Shown here piece by piece: positions 22,813 to 36,205 of a stretch of 64,000 nt of DNA; position 1 is the first letter of the stretch, and the number at the start of each line of letters is the position of its first letter. A program made the position numbers and the translations under genes. The notes under the pieces are model-generated. The model saw nothing but the letters and a program-made list of their open reading frames with translations, was not told the DNA's origin and ran no database searches. The stretch is from the NCBI RefSeq assembly GCF_006345805.1, contig NC_043016.1:14818001-14882000 (forward strand). The letters run 5' to 3'. Source of the stretch: Octopus sinensis. Its lineage: Eukaryota.

Positions 22813-24240
22813 TATACAGGGTGTTTGCAATAAATTTGGTGATTTTTGTTTATGTCTCCATTTTTGTTTTTGTTTTTTGGGGGTTTTTTTTTCTTTCAGA
22901 AACAGCTTGAAGCATTGGTGAACAGTCAACAATGTTGGAGAGCATAAATATTGAAGTTGAAATTGAGAAAAAATTAGCTGACATGGAAGACTGGAAGCCA
23001 CCTGAATATTGGGTAAGAGTTACCTGTATCATGAGGATTTGTACCAGGTGTCAAAATGCCTACATCATAACTGTCGCTCAATGCTCTGTGAACATTATAA
23101 AGGCTATAAGACATGACATGGACATCTTGAAAACCAAGTTTCCCCAAATTGTGGTGATCTTTGGGTGTGCTTTCAGTGAGGGTGACATGTTGCCACCCCA
23201 CATCTTTCAATTCAGACAGGTCTGTGAAGCTGCTGAAGACCGTAGATAAATCCTGACTGGAGAGGATTACTGCTGGAAGGCCATATGTCTGGCAGCAAAA
23301 TTCAGCTCCTTGCCATACCTCCAGAAAGAGTCAAAAGTAGTTGTCAAAGGATTGTACAACATCACCAGCCTTTAATTCTTCCAATTGTAATCCAATGGAT
23401 TACTATGTGAGGGGCATAATTGAGAAAGACACCATCATCATCATCATTGTTCGACCGTAGTCGAGACAATGGAATTTACCATGCTACGCCAGACTTCACG
23501 GTCCATCATGGCATTACAGAGGTCCTGTTGCTGGATGCCTGTATCCCTGGAGATTACATCAGGGTAGGAAAGTGTGTGCCCTCTGGTATTGCGAGTAGAT
23601 GGCTTCCAGAGGAGAAGAGTAGAAATTACTTCTTTTTCAGCTCTACAACAATATCCAGCAAACTGGACTCTCCTACCTTTCACAAGAGATGACACAGGTG
23701 GTAGTTTCCCATATATTTGCATTTTGGTTGGATGGTGCTTCCATGAGAGATTTTGAGCTCTCATAAGGAGGCGAGTGTAGGGTCCATCCAACCGCCTCTC
23801 AAGCTTCTTTGATAACGTCCAGGTTTCTGAGCCATATAGTAGAATTGGTTCGACTGTGGCTTTGAAGATTTCAAGTTTGAAGTCTCTGCTTAGATTTGAT
23901 GACCAGATCTTATGCATGTCACCAACTGCTCTGCTTGTAACACCAAGTCTGAGCCAGTAGCGAAGTTCAAGGAGATGTTCAAAGATCTTCCCAGGGATGC
24001 AGTGAGGAACACATATGCCAGGTTCTGAAGCTGTCTTGAGGCCAGGGTTGAAGCTGAGAGCAGCTACTTTGAGTAAAATATTATCTCACAGCCATTTTTT
24101 GATTTTTTAAAAGATATTTCTATCTTTAGACGGTATATCGCGTTCTCTTTTCCTTTTAAGCAAATTCTCGAATTTAGTCGGAACTAATTATATTACATAT
24201 AATACAGAGGGTTCAGACTAAATTTTTATACACCCTATAT
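22813..24240 (+). mobile_element. Degenerate Tc1/mariner (DD37D/maT-like) transposon interrupted by an RTE insertion
   Basis: KFPQIVVIFGCAFSEGDMLPPHIF...RPYVWQQNSAPCHTS...CNPMDYYVRGIIEKDT | TNCSACNTKSEPVAKFKEMFKDLPRDAVRN...EAESSYFE*. Ends TACAGGGTG and CACCCTATA resemble TIRs. Confidence 0.85.
23435..23919 (-). mobile_element. 5'-truncated RTE/RTEX LINE, young, ORF C-terminus intact
   Basis: 157 aa KIWSSNLSRDFKLEIFKATVEPILLYGSETWTL...DREVWRSMV. (GAT)n tail directly after the stop. 5 bp TSD CACCA at 23430-23434 and 23920-23924. Confidence 0.95.
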
Positions 24241-25834
24241 GTATCATCACTAGCAATGATGAGAGTAACAGCAGTGGCAGAGGTAGCAGCACCAACATCA
24301 GCAGCAGTAACAATGCCATCTTCATCATTTTTGTCTTTTACATCTGCTTTTCCATGCTTGCATGTGTTGGAGACAGGTCTTCTCTCACACTGCATTTTAC
24401 CATTTGTCAGAAATACCTTCATCGTCTTTAGGACATTCAGACTTCATAAGATCAACCGTCACTGTTTCTTCCATGCTTCTGTCTTTCACAGATTCTTACC
24501 ATTTTAATCACTAAGCATTTCTTTACCTCACTGTTATTCTTTACATGCCTGTACCAGCACATTCTTCTTTTGTGTAAACTACATTAGTTTCCACAAGATA
24601 AACCTGATTATTAAACAAACCCTAACCAGAATAAATAAATACCCACTCAATCCTGGAGGCAACAAAATTGTCCAAGAATAATGGGACGGGGGCCTATTGA
24701 CTCACTCTTACACTTTACTCTCAGACTAGATGCAGATATCTTATATGGGACACCACCATGAGAAGCTCGTTTACTCCATCACATATCATTAATGCTGTGA
24801 GTGGGGTCAGTTAATCCATAATTGAATGAAATAAGACACTGAAATATCTTACATTTATCAATAAATTATATTTTTCAACTTGTGGCTTTTCAGATATTGG
24901 TAGGATTTGAACCACTTTCAAGGTCACTGTTTTTCATTTCATTAGTGCTTTGTTGCACATGCTGCACCAGATGAGGTTCTATGCTTGTGCCCAGATGTTC
25001 CACCACTTCAAACTCACAATAACCAACAATAATGCTGTGAGAGTTTTGAGTGTCACAAAAAAAATTAAGTCAGGTTCACCAGTTTTCCTTGGTTTGAAGA
25101 AATGCGTACTCCCCTATTTTATAATTCATTTACTTTTTCATTTTTCTTTCTCTCTCTTCTTACTTTCGTAAATTATCTTATTCATTGTGAAAAAAAGGAA
25201 GAAATATGTCTAAAAATATAAAATAGTGAAATAATTCTAATGAAATATATTTTCCTAATATTCAGTATTTTAAAACCAACTAGGTTGAAATTTGACTGTG
25301 TGTATGTATGTGTATGCATGCACACACATACACACATATGCATGCACACACAATGCACACACACACACATGCACACACACCCATGCACACACATATATGG
25401 CAACCAATTAATCAACTGGTAGAGTTTTTTAAGTGGTAGATAGATTACTTTGTGGTAATCATTCTGCTACCCCATGAGTTCAAATCTCACTGAGATCAAC
25501 CTTACTTTTCATACTTTCAGGATCATTAAATAAAACACCAGTCCTGTACAGGGGACAATTTTTCTCCTTCTCTCTCTGTCTTTCTGTCTCTGTCTTTCTC
25601 TCCCCTCCTCTCCCTCCTCCTGCCGCTCTTTTTCTGAAAGAAATCCCTTGTAGTCAGAATTGGAGAGGGATGGGTCTGCACCAGATCTAAAATACCCAAG
25701 ATTTCCAATATGACACAGTTGCACTCCTACAGACAGTTTAAGCACTCATGGCATGACATAACAAGATGGGCTCATCCTATGCACCCACAAAACTTTAAGT
25801 CATATGGAACTATGTCAAACTGCTATTGAAACAT

Positions 25835-26230
25835 ACTTATGTATGTATGTATGTATGTATGTATGTATGTATGTATGTATGTATGTATGTATGTATGAGT
25901 GTATGTGTGTATGTATATATGTGTGTATGTGTGTGTATATATGTGTGTATATGTATGTATGTGCGTGTGTGTGTGTATGGATGTATGTGTGTATATGTAT
26001 GTATGTGTGTATGTATGGGTATATGTATGTATGTATGTGTGTATGTGCATGTATGTATGTGTGTATATGTATGTATGTATGTATGGGTGTGTGTATGTGT
26101 GTGTGCATGCATGCATATGTATGTGTGCATGTATGTATGCATGTATGTCCGTACATGCATATGTATGTGTATATGTATGTATGCATGCATTTATGTGTGT
26201 ATGCATGTATGCATGTACGTATGTATTTAG
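25835..26230. repeat. (TATG/TG)n compound microsatellite
   Basis: Direct inspection. Confidence 0.97.
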
Positions 26231-26269
26231 GTAGATAGGTATGTAGGTTGGTAGGTATCTATCTATCTA

Positions 26270-26960
26270 TCAAGAGTTTCCCAAACTTTACATGTCAAAC
26301 TGCAATATCGCCATCTATTGGCCAAAAACTGCTCCATTGCCTACCTGTATGAAAAAAAAATTTGACACAACCCCTGCCCCCATAGACTCATTGCCGTTTG
26401 GCCTAAATATGCGGTTGTTTACAAATCTCTTATTGTGGGTTTAGTTTTGCCGTTAGTGTCAATAATATTCTAACGTTAACTCTATATTATGCTGACAGAT
26501 TAACTTCTGGAAACTTGCGCCTTCCTTTTACACTGATTTTCATTTTCCCCAAACGAACCATTGATCAGAACTACCAATGCAAAAATAATTAATGATTGTA
26601 TTATAAAGGAAAAAATAAAACTTTTTTAGTGAGAACCATGGGTCTGGTGCGATGCAGCTAGTGCAGATACATTCAGTTTCAAACTTGTCAACTTTAGCCA
26701 CAAGTCTTCTCGTTGTGTCACATCCAGTCCAATTCTTTAATGGGAAAGTAAAGTTCCAACATGGTTAAAACCAGACTCAACCAGGTATGAGGTAGGGAAG
26801 GCAAGCAAAAATAATTTCAGATGTTTCCACAGATTGGGGTAGGAATTCAATATACTCTGATTGTACCACAAACCATCTTTACCGTTATAGCGATATCACA
26901 TTGTGGCGTCATTGTAAATCTTGGGTAAATTTCCAGTTTACTCCCACCCTTACCTAGTAT
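26270..26960 (-). mobile_element. hAT (Buster/ZBED-like) transposon 3' fragment
   Basis: Minus strand 26625-26900 reads YPNLWKHLKLFLLAFPTSYLVESGFNHV...IGLDVTQREDLWLKLTSLKLNVSALAASHQTHGSH*, the typical Buster C-terminus. GTTTCCCAAAC TIR-like end at ~26275. Confidence 0.85.
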
Positions 26961-27109
26961 TCAATTTCAATATTGCCATGCAATAGTAAGCACTTGGTTA
27001 AAAATATGTAGGTACACATCCAATAGTATATTGGATATTTAGTATCCCTTAGATGGTTTACTAGCCTCTAATTCATAGACATATATATATATATATATAA
27101 TGTGTGTGT

Positions 27110-27605
27110 ATGTGTTTATGTCTGTGCTTGTCCTCCCATCACTGCTTGATGATCTATGTTGGTATGTTTACATCCCTGTAAATTACCAGTTTGGCAAAAG
27201 AGACTGATAGAATAAGTACTAGGCTTTAAAAAAAGAATCCTGGAGTCGATTTGTTCAACTAAAACTCTTCAAGGTAGTGCCCCAGTATGGTCAAAATCAA
27301 ATCACTGAAACAAGTGAAAGATAAAAGATATATATATATATCATCATCATCATCATCATTTAACATCTGCTTTCCATGCTAGCATGGGTTGGACAATTTA
27401 ACTGAGGACTGGTGAACCACATGGCTGCACCAGACTCCAATCTGATCTGGCAGAGTTTCTGCAGCTGGATGCCCTTCCTAACGCCAACCACTCCAAGAGT
27501 GTAGTGGGTGCTTTTATGTGCCACTGGCACAAGGGCCAGTCTGGCGGTACTGGCAATGGCCATACTCAAATGGTGTTTTATATGTGCCACCTGCACAGGC
27601 ATGCC
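27110..27605. mobile_element. SINE A tail (+) followed by RTE 3'UTR (-)
   Basis: Homology to the family copies described above. Confidence 0.8.
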
Positions 27606-27799
27606 GCCTACATATATATGAATTTGGAGCTAGCATTGGTAGATTTACAACCATTAACAATGATGAAGGTAAAAGGTCAAGAGATTAATTAAAAATGTGA
27701 GACATTATATGAATGGAACAAAGGAATGAATAATGTGTGAATATACTTGCAGATATAGGCTTCCCTACAACTAAACAGGGCATTGTTAGCAATGTAGAA

Positions 27800-28030
27800 G
27801 GCTTGTTAGCTTTTAAAATTTGAATGACATTTTTTGTGGGTGTAGTTTGGAATGCCTTTTGAATAACAGATGAGTAATAGGGTTTGGTAAAAAGACTGTT
27901 TTCCCTTCATTGTGCAGATAATATAAAGACTATTATTTCCCTCATACATTTTTGCTCTAGAAAGTGTGTTCCATTTAAGATTATATATTATTGAAATATC
28001 CTTTAAAGACTTTGAAGCCAAAGAAGTATG
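27800..28030 (-). mobile_element. Degenerate Penelope GIY-YIG endonuclease C-terminal fragment
   Basis: YNLKWNTLSRAKMYEGNNSLYIICTMKGK...HKKCHSNFKS resembles the Penelope end YxIKWxILxRAxxYxxxxxxCxLCLxEK...KCRH. Confidence 0.5.
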
Positions 28031-28364
28031 CAGCTGTCATGGTTTTTAAAAGAATGTATGTGCAGATAAAATCTTGATTTGAATAGATTTGAGGTCAAAG
28101 CAACTTAAGCTTTTGAGTTATTGTTAAATGCCAGACACTGGTAGACAGTAACCTTAGATATGCAGTTGAATTCTTGAGAGTTGTTACCAGAATCAAGGCA
28201 GTGCTATATGTTTGCATTTCTTTTTTATTTTGTAAAAGATTTGTTATGCTTTTTCAGTTTAATTGTGTTATGCTAAATTATAGTCAAAATTTCAGGTAAT
28301 TAATAGAAAAGTTTGATAGTGTTTTTATTAAATATTTTTTGCTATGTTTTGTAGGTAAATGCTT

Positions 28365-28990
28365 CTGAAGGAGCTTAAAAATTTGAATAAATACGTTGCT
28401 GATACACCTCTCCCAATGACTTTTCCAGCTTTTGGAACATGTTAAAGGACATTTTTTTAGAGGTGCTGCACATTTCTTGTAGCAAATTTTGTTTTTCGTT
28501 CTTCTGTCAGCTTAAATTAATGACTTTTCAGGGAGATTTCAACCATGAGATCAAAAATGTCTTCAGTGTCCAAATCTGAGGATAAATGTTGCTAGAGGAC
28601 AAGAACCATTTGATGCTTTATCAAAAGAGACATCGATAAAAATGGTCAGTGAGTAGGAGCATTTTCATGGTGAAGTATCTTGGTTTTATTTGTCCCTGCA
28701 TTTGGGATCTTCTTTCACACTGTTTTTCTCAAACACCTCAAACTCTTTATAGATTGTCTGATCACATGGGACAAACTAAAGATAAATGATACCTTTCCAA
28801 TCAAAACTGATAATTAACACCAACTCCACATTTGAGCAGCTCTGGTATACATGTTTTGGTTGCAGCAATGGTAATCTACTCCACTACAATGGCACATTTT
28901 GTTTAACATTGCAGTCCTATATTCACATTCTACTACTTTACAGAAGTGGCACTTTACAGAAATTTTCATCAGCAAACATTTCCTGACTGT
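28365..28990 (-). mobile_element. Degenerate mariner transposase (C-terminal half)
   Basis: Minus strand reads ..SLRCLRKTV*KK...KILHHENAPTH...SSDLDTEDIF..., matching WILHHDNAPAH...YSPDLAPADF. Truncated at the (TATG)n array. Confidence 0.75.
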
Positions 28991-29009
28991 GAAAGAGATC
29001 TATTTTGGT

Positions 29010-29097
29010 CTTATGTATGTATGTATGAATGTATGTATGTGTGTGTGTATGTATGTATGTTTGTATGTATGTATGTATGTATGTATGTATGAATGTA

Positions 29098-29128
<31 letters not shown>

Positions 29129-30032
29129 GTATGTATGTATGTTTGTATGCATGTATGTATGTATATGTGTGTGTATGTATGTATGTATGTACGTATGTGC
29201 GTGTGTATGTATGTATGTGTGCATGTATGTATGTATGTGTGTATGTATGTATGTATGTGTGTATGTATGTATGTATGTACGTATGTGCGTGTGTATGTAT
29301 GTATGTATGTATGTGTGTATGTATGTACGTACATATGTATGTATGTATGTATGTACATATGTGCATGTGTATGTACATATGTATGTATGTGTGTATGTAT
29401 GTACGTACGTATATATGTATGTATGTATGTATGTATGTGTGTATGTATGTATGTATGTATGTTTGCATGTATGTATGTATGTATGTATGTATGTGTGTAT
29501 GTATGTGTGTATGTATGTGTGTATGTATGTATGTGTGTATGTATGTATGTGTGTATGTATGTATGTTTGCATGTATGTATGTATGTATGTATGTATGTGT
29601 GTATGTATGTATGTATGTGTGTATGCATGTATGTGTGTATGTATGTATGTGTGTATGTATGTATGTGTGTATGTATGTATGTGTGTATTTATGTGTGTAT
29701 GTATGTATGTATGTGTGTATGTATGTATGTATGCATGCATGCATGTATGTATGTGTGTATGTATGTATGTATGTATGTATGTATGTATGTGTGCATGTAA
29801 TTATGTATGTATATATGTATGTGTGTATGTATGTGTGTATGTATGTATGAATGCATGCATGTATGTATGTATGTGTGTATGTATGTATGTATGTATGTAT
29901 GTATGTGTGTATGTATGTATGTATGTATGTATGTATGTTTGCATGTATGTATGCATGTATGCATGTATGTATGTATGTATGTGTGCAAGTGTGTGTGAGT
30001 GCATGTATGTGTGTATGTATATGTGTGTGTGT
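29010..30032. repeat. ~1 kb (TATG/TG)n compound microsatellite
   Basis: Direct inspection. It is the source of the 200-400 aa MYVC/HTYI ORFs. Confidence 0.98.
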
Positions 30033-30394
30033 AGAGTTTTTCATCTGACGATATGGTTGGCCACTTCCCTTGATTGTACTTTATTATATCAACCTTGAAA
30101 AGACAAAAAATAAGGAGGATTTTGAAAAAGCTTGTTGCTGATTACAGAGCAAAAGCTGGAAGCTGACGAGTGGAGATGGGCAATGATTTGGTTATCACTG
30201 CCACCCAACCATCAAGGGACTGTTACAGTTCAGGGTTGAAATACCCAGTAACAATTCTGACACTGTTTAATGCCATCAACTCCTCCTAGTCAAGGCGACC
30301 CACATCAAAAGTAAATGGAGAAACGTACTTTATGATGTCATCATCCTCTTCTAGTAGATATATATATATGCTACACGTGTGTGTGTGTGCATTT

Positions 30395-30810
30395 TTTACT
30401 TATTTTAGCCATTGGACTGTGGCCATGCTGGGTTGTCACCTTGAAGGGTTTAGTTGAACAAATTGATCCCAGTGCATATTTTTTAAAGCTTAGTGCTTAT
30501 TCCATCAGTATCTTTTGCTGAACTGTTAAGTTAGAGGGATATAAATAAACTAACACCAACAGCCAAGCAATGGTGGGGGATAAACACAAATACAAAATAT
30601 ATATACACATACACGTACACACAATACACACATACACATACACGTTTACAAGTTTCTTTCAGTTTCTGTTTAACGAATCCCCTTACAAGACTTCAGTTGG
30701 CCCAAGGCTATAGTACACGACACTTGGCCAAGGTGACACACAGTGGGACTGAACCTATAACCATGTGGTTGGGAAGCAAACTTCTTATCACACAGCCACA
30801 CTTGTACCAT
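30395..30810 (-). mobile_element. SINE family A
   Basis: Full reverse-complement copy. Confidence 0.85.
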
Positions 30811-30859
30811 ACATACATAATATCTATGCACACACACACACATATACACATACACAGAT

Positions 30860-30999
30860 AAATAGATAGATAGATAGATAGATAGATAGATGATAGATCG
30901 ATAGACAGACAGACGGACAGGCGGACAGACGGACAGACGGACAGACGGACAGACGGACAGACGGAAGGGACAGACAGACAGGCAGGTAGGCAAGCAGGT

Positions 31000-31049
<50 letters not shown>

Positions 31050-31071
31050 ACAGACAGACAGACAGACAGAC

Positions 31072-31151
<80 letters not shown>

Positions 31152-31155
31152 GGAC

Positions 31156-31193
<38 letters not shown>

Positions 31194-31265
31194 GCGGACA
31201 GGCGGACAGACGGACAGGCAGGCAAGCAGGCAGGCAGGCAGACAGACAGACAGACAGACAGATAG
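30860..31265. repeat. Compound tetranucleotide array (GATA/GACA/GACG/GGCA blocks)
   Basis: Direct inspection. Confidence 0.95.
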
Positions 31266-31559
31266 ATACAGAAAGGAAAATTCAATCATCACTAAATGTG
31301 ACTAAGGGTACCTAGACACCTACATTGCTAGAAATAGGAGTAAATACTCTTTTTGCTGTCGGAAGAGCACAAATATATACCCGTACACTGACAGGGGAAG
31401 AAATTTATTCTTTTCTACCTCCCCATGACTGAATTGAGAATCTCTCAGACTGGATGTCTAGTTTCGATAAAAGAAAAAACTATATCCACAACAATAGGTG
31501 TTGAACACAACTCTCTCATTTGTTTGACATGCATGTTTGTGCGTGCATGCATGGGTGTG

Positions 31560-31947
31560 TGTGTATAAACATGTATACATGCATACATACACACATACAT
31601 ACATACACACATACATACATACATACATAATACATACATATACATACACACACACACATACATACATACACACATACATACATACACACATACATACATA
31701 CATACACACATACATACATACATACATGCATACATACATACACACATACATACATACACACACATACATACATACACACATACATACATATACACATACA
31801 CACACACATACATACATACATACATACATAAACATACATGTATACATACATACATGCACATACATACATGCATACATACATGTATACATACATACACTCA
31901 TGCATACACACACACAGATATATACATATACACATATGTACATACAT
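31560..31947. repeat. (CATA/CA)n microsatellite
   Basis: Direct inspection. Confidence 0.97.
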
Positions 31948-33735
31948 AACAAAATGCCAAGACTAATGCTGGGATACGTAGAAAAGAATAAATTTAATGT
32001 CACCTACGCATTTTTTTGTTGATGGTCTTTGTTGATATTCTGGTAATATGACCAACATGAAGAGGCAATTAGAACTAGTCACAGCATTCTCACGAGATAT
32101 AGGTACGGAGTCTGGGCAAGATAAACACTCATACATGATACTCAAACAAGGAAAGCTTGTTGATCTGGCAGAGAATATGTGCATGAATGGCTTGTCTATC
32201 TCTCTTATCTCTAATAACGAAAGCTACAAGTACTCCAGAATTGATGAGAATGTTGCATATATTGGTGCTGTGACTCTAGCCAGAATAACAAAAGAGTACT
32301 TCTCTAGATTCCAGAAAATATGGAACTCAGAGCTCTCTCCATTTAACTTGACCAGTTCTCACAATGCTTTTGCAGTGTCAGTGCCGGTACCAACATTTGG
32401 GATATAGGAGTGGATACTCGATGAGATACACAGCCTTAACATCAAAACCAGGAAGGTACTGACCACCACTGGCAACTTCCACATTAACAGCAACACTGAT
32501 AGGAGGATTTATGTGAGATGAAGTGATGGCAGTAGAGGCATAAAGTCAGTCCAAACAACCTTTGAATGTTGCTTTGTATCACTGAGACAACACCTACTGA
32601 ACAGGAAACAAACAAGTACATTCCATACATACTCAGAAGTGAAGGCAACAAAATCTCCTGAGTTGGAGAAGAACTACTGTGCAGGTTCGCAGAGAATACA
32701 ACTGTTTCATGCAACCCAAAGGATGCTGGACTGACCAACCTAAAGAGAGGCTTGAAAAAGAAGCAGGCATCATATGAGCAAAAAATAATACATGGGTACA
32801 TATCCCCTAAGTTAAAGGACAGCAACAACACTGACAGGAAGAGTAGCTTCTCCTGGACCTGCCAAAGATACATTACACCCCATCTAGAAGGATATACCTT
32901 CACTATCCAGGGACAGGAGATAGCTACTAAATACCTGATAAACCAGAGGGACAGAGGCTCAACAAATCTCCATGCTGTGATAAAATATGTCAGCTCTGCT
33001 CTACCACTGTGGAAGATATCCCCCACATGAGCAGCAGCTGCCCTCAAATGTCTACAAGATACTACCTGTTCTTGAGGTATTATATAGTTGTAAAGACTAT
33101 TTACAAAGCTATCTGCAGGAAGGACCACCCCGGCACATATATCAAAAAGGCATGTCAGAACCAACATGTATTTATACCTTTAAAAACAAGGAATACTGGT
33201 GGAACATCTCAATAAAAACATTATTTCAGTGCAAACATAACAGACCTGATATTGTTCTGTGGAACAGGGAATAAAAGTCATGCACTGTTGTAGATGTCAG
33301 CTGCCCGGCAGATGTGACTGTACTGGAAGAACAGAACATTTATGGCAAATTAATGAAGACTTACAACTCTCATAGCCTGACTATAAATTTGTACTATCGC
33401 CATAAATGTATTGGGCTATGTGCTTACAAAACCAAGAAATATTAGTTTTTTTTAAAGAGAGAGCAAAACAAATTGATGATGATGCTCAAAATCCAATCTA
33501 TTAGCAGCACAGTGAAGATGTGTGAGAGATTCCAGAGATTGTCCATTGGAAATTCTTTAGATGAATAGATGCATGCACTTGGACACATGCATCGACAGTT
33601 CAACCAACACATCAACTCAACCACATGTTTGCAAACACTGGGAACCCCTCACAACTCAACAATTTTTTGTCACTTTGTTAGTGACTGGCTTGAACTCTTT
33701 CAAGAAGAACTTAAACAAAACTCAAATGGAAAATA
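31948..33735 (+). mobile_element. 5'-truncated R4-clade (RLE-type) non-LTR retrotransposon, degenerate
   Basis: RT motif AFFVDG (FVDD), FSRDIG..GQDK, ESYKY, KIWNSELS..HNAFAV, CCHC region EDIPHMSSSCPQMSTRYYL, RLE motif KHNRPDIVLWNRE..CTVVDVSCPAD, and C-terminal TVKMCERF. Confidence 0.9.
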
Positions 33736-33739
33736 TACA

Positions 33740-33970
33740 CAGATACATACACACATACATACATACATACACACTCACACATACATACATACACACACTC
33801 ATACATATATACATACATACATGCATGCATACATACATACACACATACATACACACATACATACATGCACATACATACATACATGCATGCATAGATACAC
33901 ACATACATACATACACATACATACATACATACATACACATACATACATACACATACATACATACACACAC
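33740..33970. repeat. (CATA/CA)n microsatellite
   Basis: Direct inspection. Confidence 0.97.
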
Positions 33971-34209
33971 ACGGTTTGGTTTGGTTTAGTTTGGTGGAAC
34001 CATTGCTGCTTTCCTTAATGCGTTGGAGGGATTACATTTCACTCGTGTTTAATTTCTGGTTTGATTTCTCACCTTAATGCTCTTTCTCCTTTTTAGCATC
34101 AAACATCTCACAAAAGTGTACCAGGTGCATTTCATCATTGTATCATCATTACAACATAAAGGAGTGAAAGAAAAGGGAAAGATAATAAGACATGGATAAA
34201 TGGATACAT

Positions 34210-34362
34210 GGCGTTAGGAAGGGCATCCAGCTGTAGAAACACTGCCAGATCAGACTGGGGCCTGGTGCAGCCTTCTGGCTTCCCAGATCCCCGGTTGAAC
34301 CGTCCAACCCATGCTAGCATGGAGAACGGACGTTAAACAATGATGTTGATGATGATGATGAT
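34210..34362 (+). mobile_element. RTE 3' tail, young and short
   Basis: GGCGTTAGGAAGGGCATCCAGCTG...GGACGTTAAACAATGATG. Confidence 0.9.
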
Positions 34363-34860
34363 GCCTATCTAATCAATATCATTTTGACATGTCTAAAGAC
34401 AAGCAAGAGAGAGGGGAGGGGCTAGGGTGACAAGGACAAAAGAGGAAAGTTTACAACAACTAAGAGGAACCAGACCAATCCTGCAGCCTCTGTGGTTACA
34501 GTGGGAACGATACATGTTGAATGGAAGATGTCTCTAACAAGATATTCTTGAATGAATTTTTGGTAATTACCAGTATGATTATTTGGTTCAGTAGGTGTCA
34601 ATGGAAAGAATAAAATTCCATTGGGATTTTAAATACAAAAATATTTATTTTCATCATTAAGAAATTGTATTGTTGTTACTACCAATGACAACAAAAATGT
34701 ATATACACCAAGATAGATGGTTCAAAGTTTGTGTGAGATGTAGATGCAGTAATAAACGACAGTATCCATTGTCGTGTAATTTTAGCAATTAGCTGATTCA
34801 GCTGCATCGATGTCATAATTGTCATCACCCATTGTCTTGGCTGGTATGGACACTACTTAC

Positions 34861-34976
34861 AGCTGACTGTCTTAAAGAATGTGCCACTACTTGCAGCAGG
34901 TAGAGACACAGTGGTATTTATAGCTATTTCTTTCAATGAGGAAACAATACCAAAAAATGGAATTGTTGATGAGATC
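34861..34976 (-). CDS. Candidate internal exon of an unidentified minus-strand gene
   Basis: CAG|g...t|GTAAGT. Open frame ISSTIPFFGIVSSLKEIAINTTVSLPAASSGTFFKTVS (phase 2 to 1), phase-compatible with 37880-37966. Confidence 0.3.
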
Positions 34977-36049
34977 CTGTTTTATGTGGATGTTCCTTAA
35001 AGTGGTCAGTTCCTTAAAGCAATCTCTTCTATGTGCAAAGAGTCTATAAAATGTAACTTCCTTGCTTCCTAGTCTTTACTTTCAGATAATTGACTCTGCA
35101 AAAGGTTTCTCAAAGTTTATTGTATATGTGCTCTGTTCATACGGTCTGTTTTTCCTCTATTGGTCACAAATCTATATTCTTATTCACCTTAAATGTGATA
35201 TTTATGAAAAGCTGATTCATCAGATCCCAATTCTTACAATTCTCAATAGATTCATATTATTTTCCTTTTTCACTTTTACATTATACCTTTAAGGAGTTCT
35301 TCTTCCAAACAGAGTGTGTATGTATTTGCATATTTTACAGACTGGATATTACTGTGTGTGTGTGTTTGATCTCATGCTCATACGCTTGAATGCAATAATT
35401 TAGGGTCTTAATATTGAAACTGTAATATTCAGGTGAAGTGATAGCGATGCACTAACATATGTGCAATGTCAGTGCACCACTATCACTTGGTTGTCAGCAT
35501 TCAGTGACTGGGCAGAGAGTTGAGCTCTACTTATCAATTGTATGATCTGCAGTCAATTAAACTGATCCTACTACTTGACAATTGCCATATTTTATCGAAC
35601 CTAAAAGATTGAAGTGCAAATTAATCAGCTGAGAACATATATCACAAAACATTTTGTTCAAAGTTCTACTAATTCTGCCAATCCTTTACCCTAATAAAAT
35701 TATACAAAGAATATATTTTCATTATGGATGAATCATTGTCATTGTATTTAAATATTCAAGAAAAGCACATGATTCTTCATGAGTTCATCAATGTAGCTAA
35801 CTAAAAATATACCAGTAAGATAACAAAGGAACCTTTACATGGTCATACGCCCTGCTAGAAACAGCAGTCAAACCTCTCTAAAATTCTTTTCTGCTCTCTT
35901 AGAAAAGGAAAAGACATTTTGTTGTGTAATTTTAAGCACACAATGTTTTAATAAAGAAGGCATAATATTTGTGACCAGAACAACTTTGATTTTAGGTTTC
36001 TTGATCAGAACAAATGACAACTTTGATCTGATCATTGATTGATCAGTTT

Positions 36050-36205
36050 GATTGTTTTTACATTCTGAGTTCAAATTCCACCAAGGTCGGCTTTGCCTTT
36101 CATCCTTTCGGGGTCAATAAATTAAGTACCAGTTGCGTACTGGGGTCAATGTAATCGACTGGCTCCCTCCCCCAAAATTTCGGGCCTTGTGCCTAGAGTA
36201 GAAAA
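36050..36205 (+). mobile_element. SINE family B, 5'-truncated and young
   Basis: TTCTGAGTTCAAATTCCACCAAGGTCGGCTTTGCCTTTCATCCTTTCGGGGTCAATAAATTAAGTACCAG. Confidence 0.9.

Noticed and set aside
28560-28645. Plus-strand exon candidate CPNLRINVARGQEPFDALSKETSIKM
   Set aside because: It is the antisense of a mariner transposase relic.
28899-30098. Long MYVC/HTYI ORFs (also 19.3, 25.8, 31.5, 33.6 and 61.8 kb)
   Set aside because: Translations of (TATG)n/(CATA)n microsatellites.
30860-31265. Ordered GATA-GACA-GACG-GGCA block gradient as a code-like structure
   Set aside because: Explained by single substitutions followed by slippage, which is typical of compound microsatellites.
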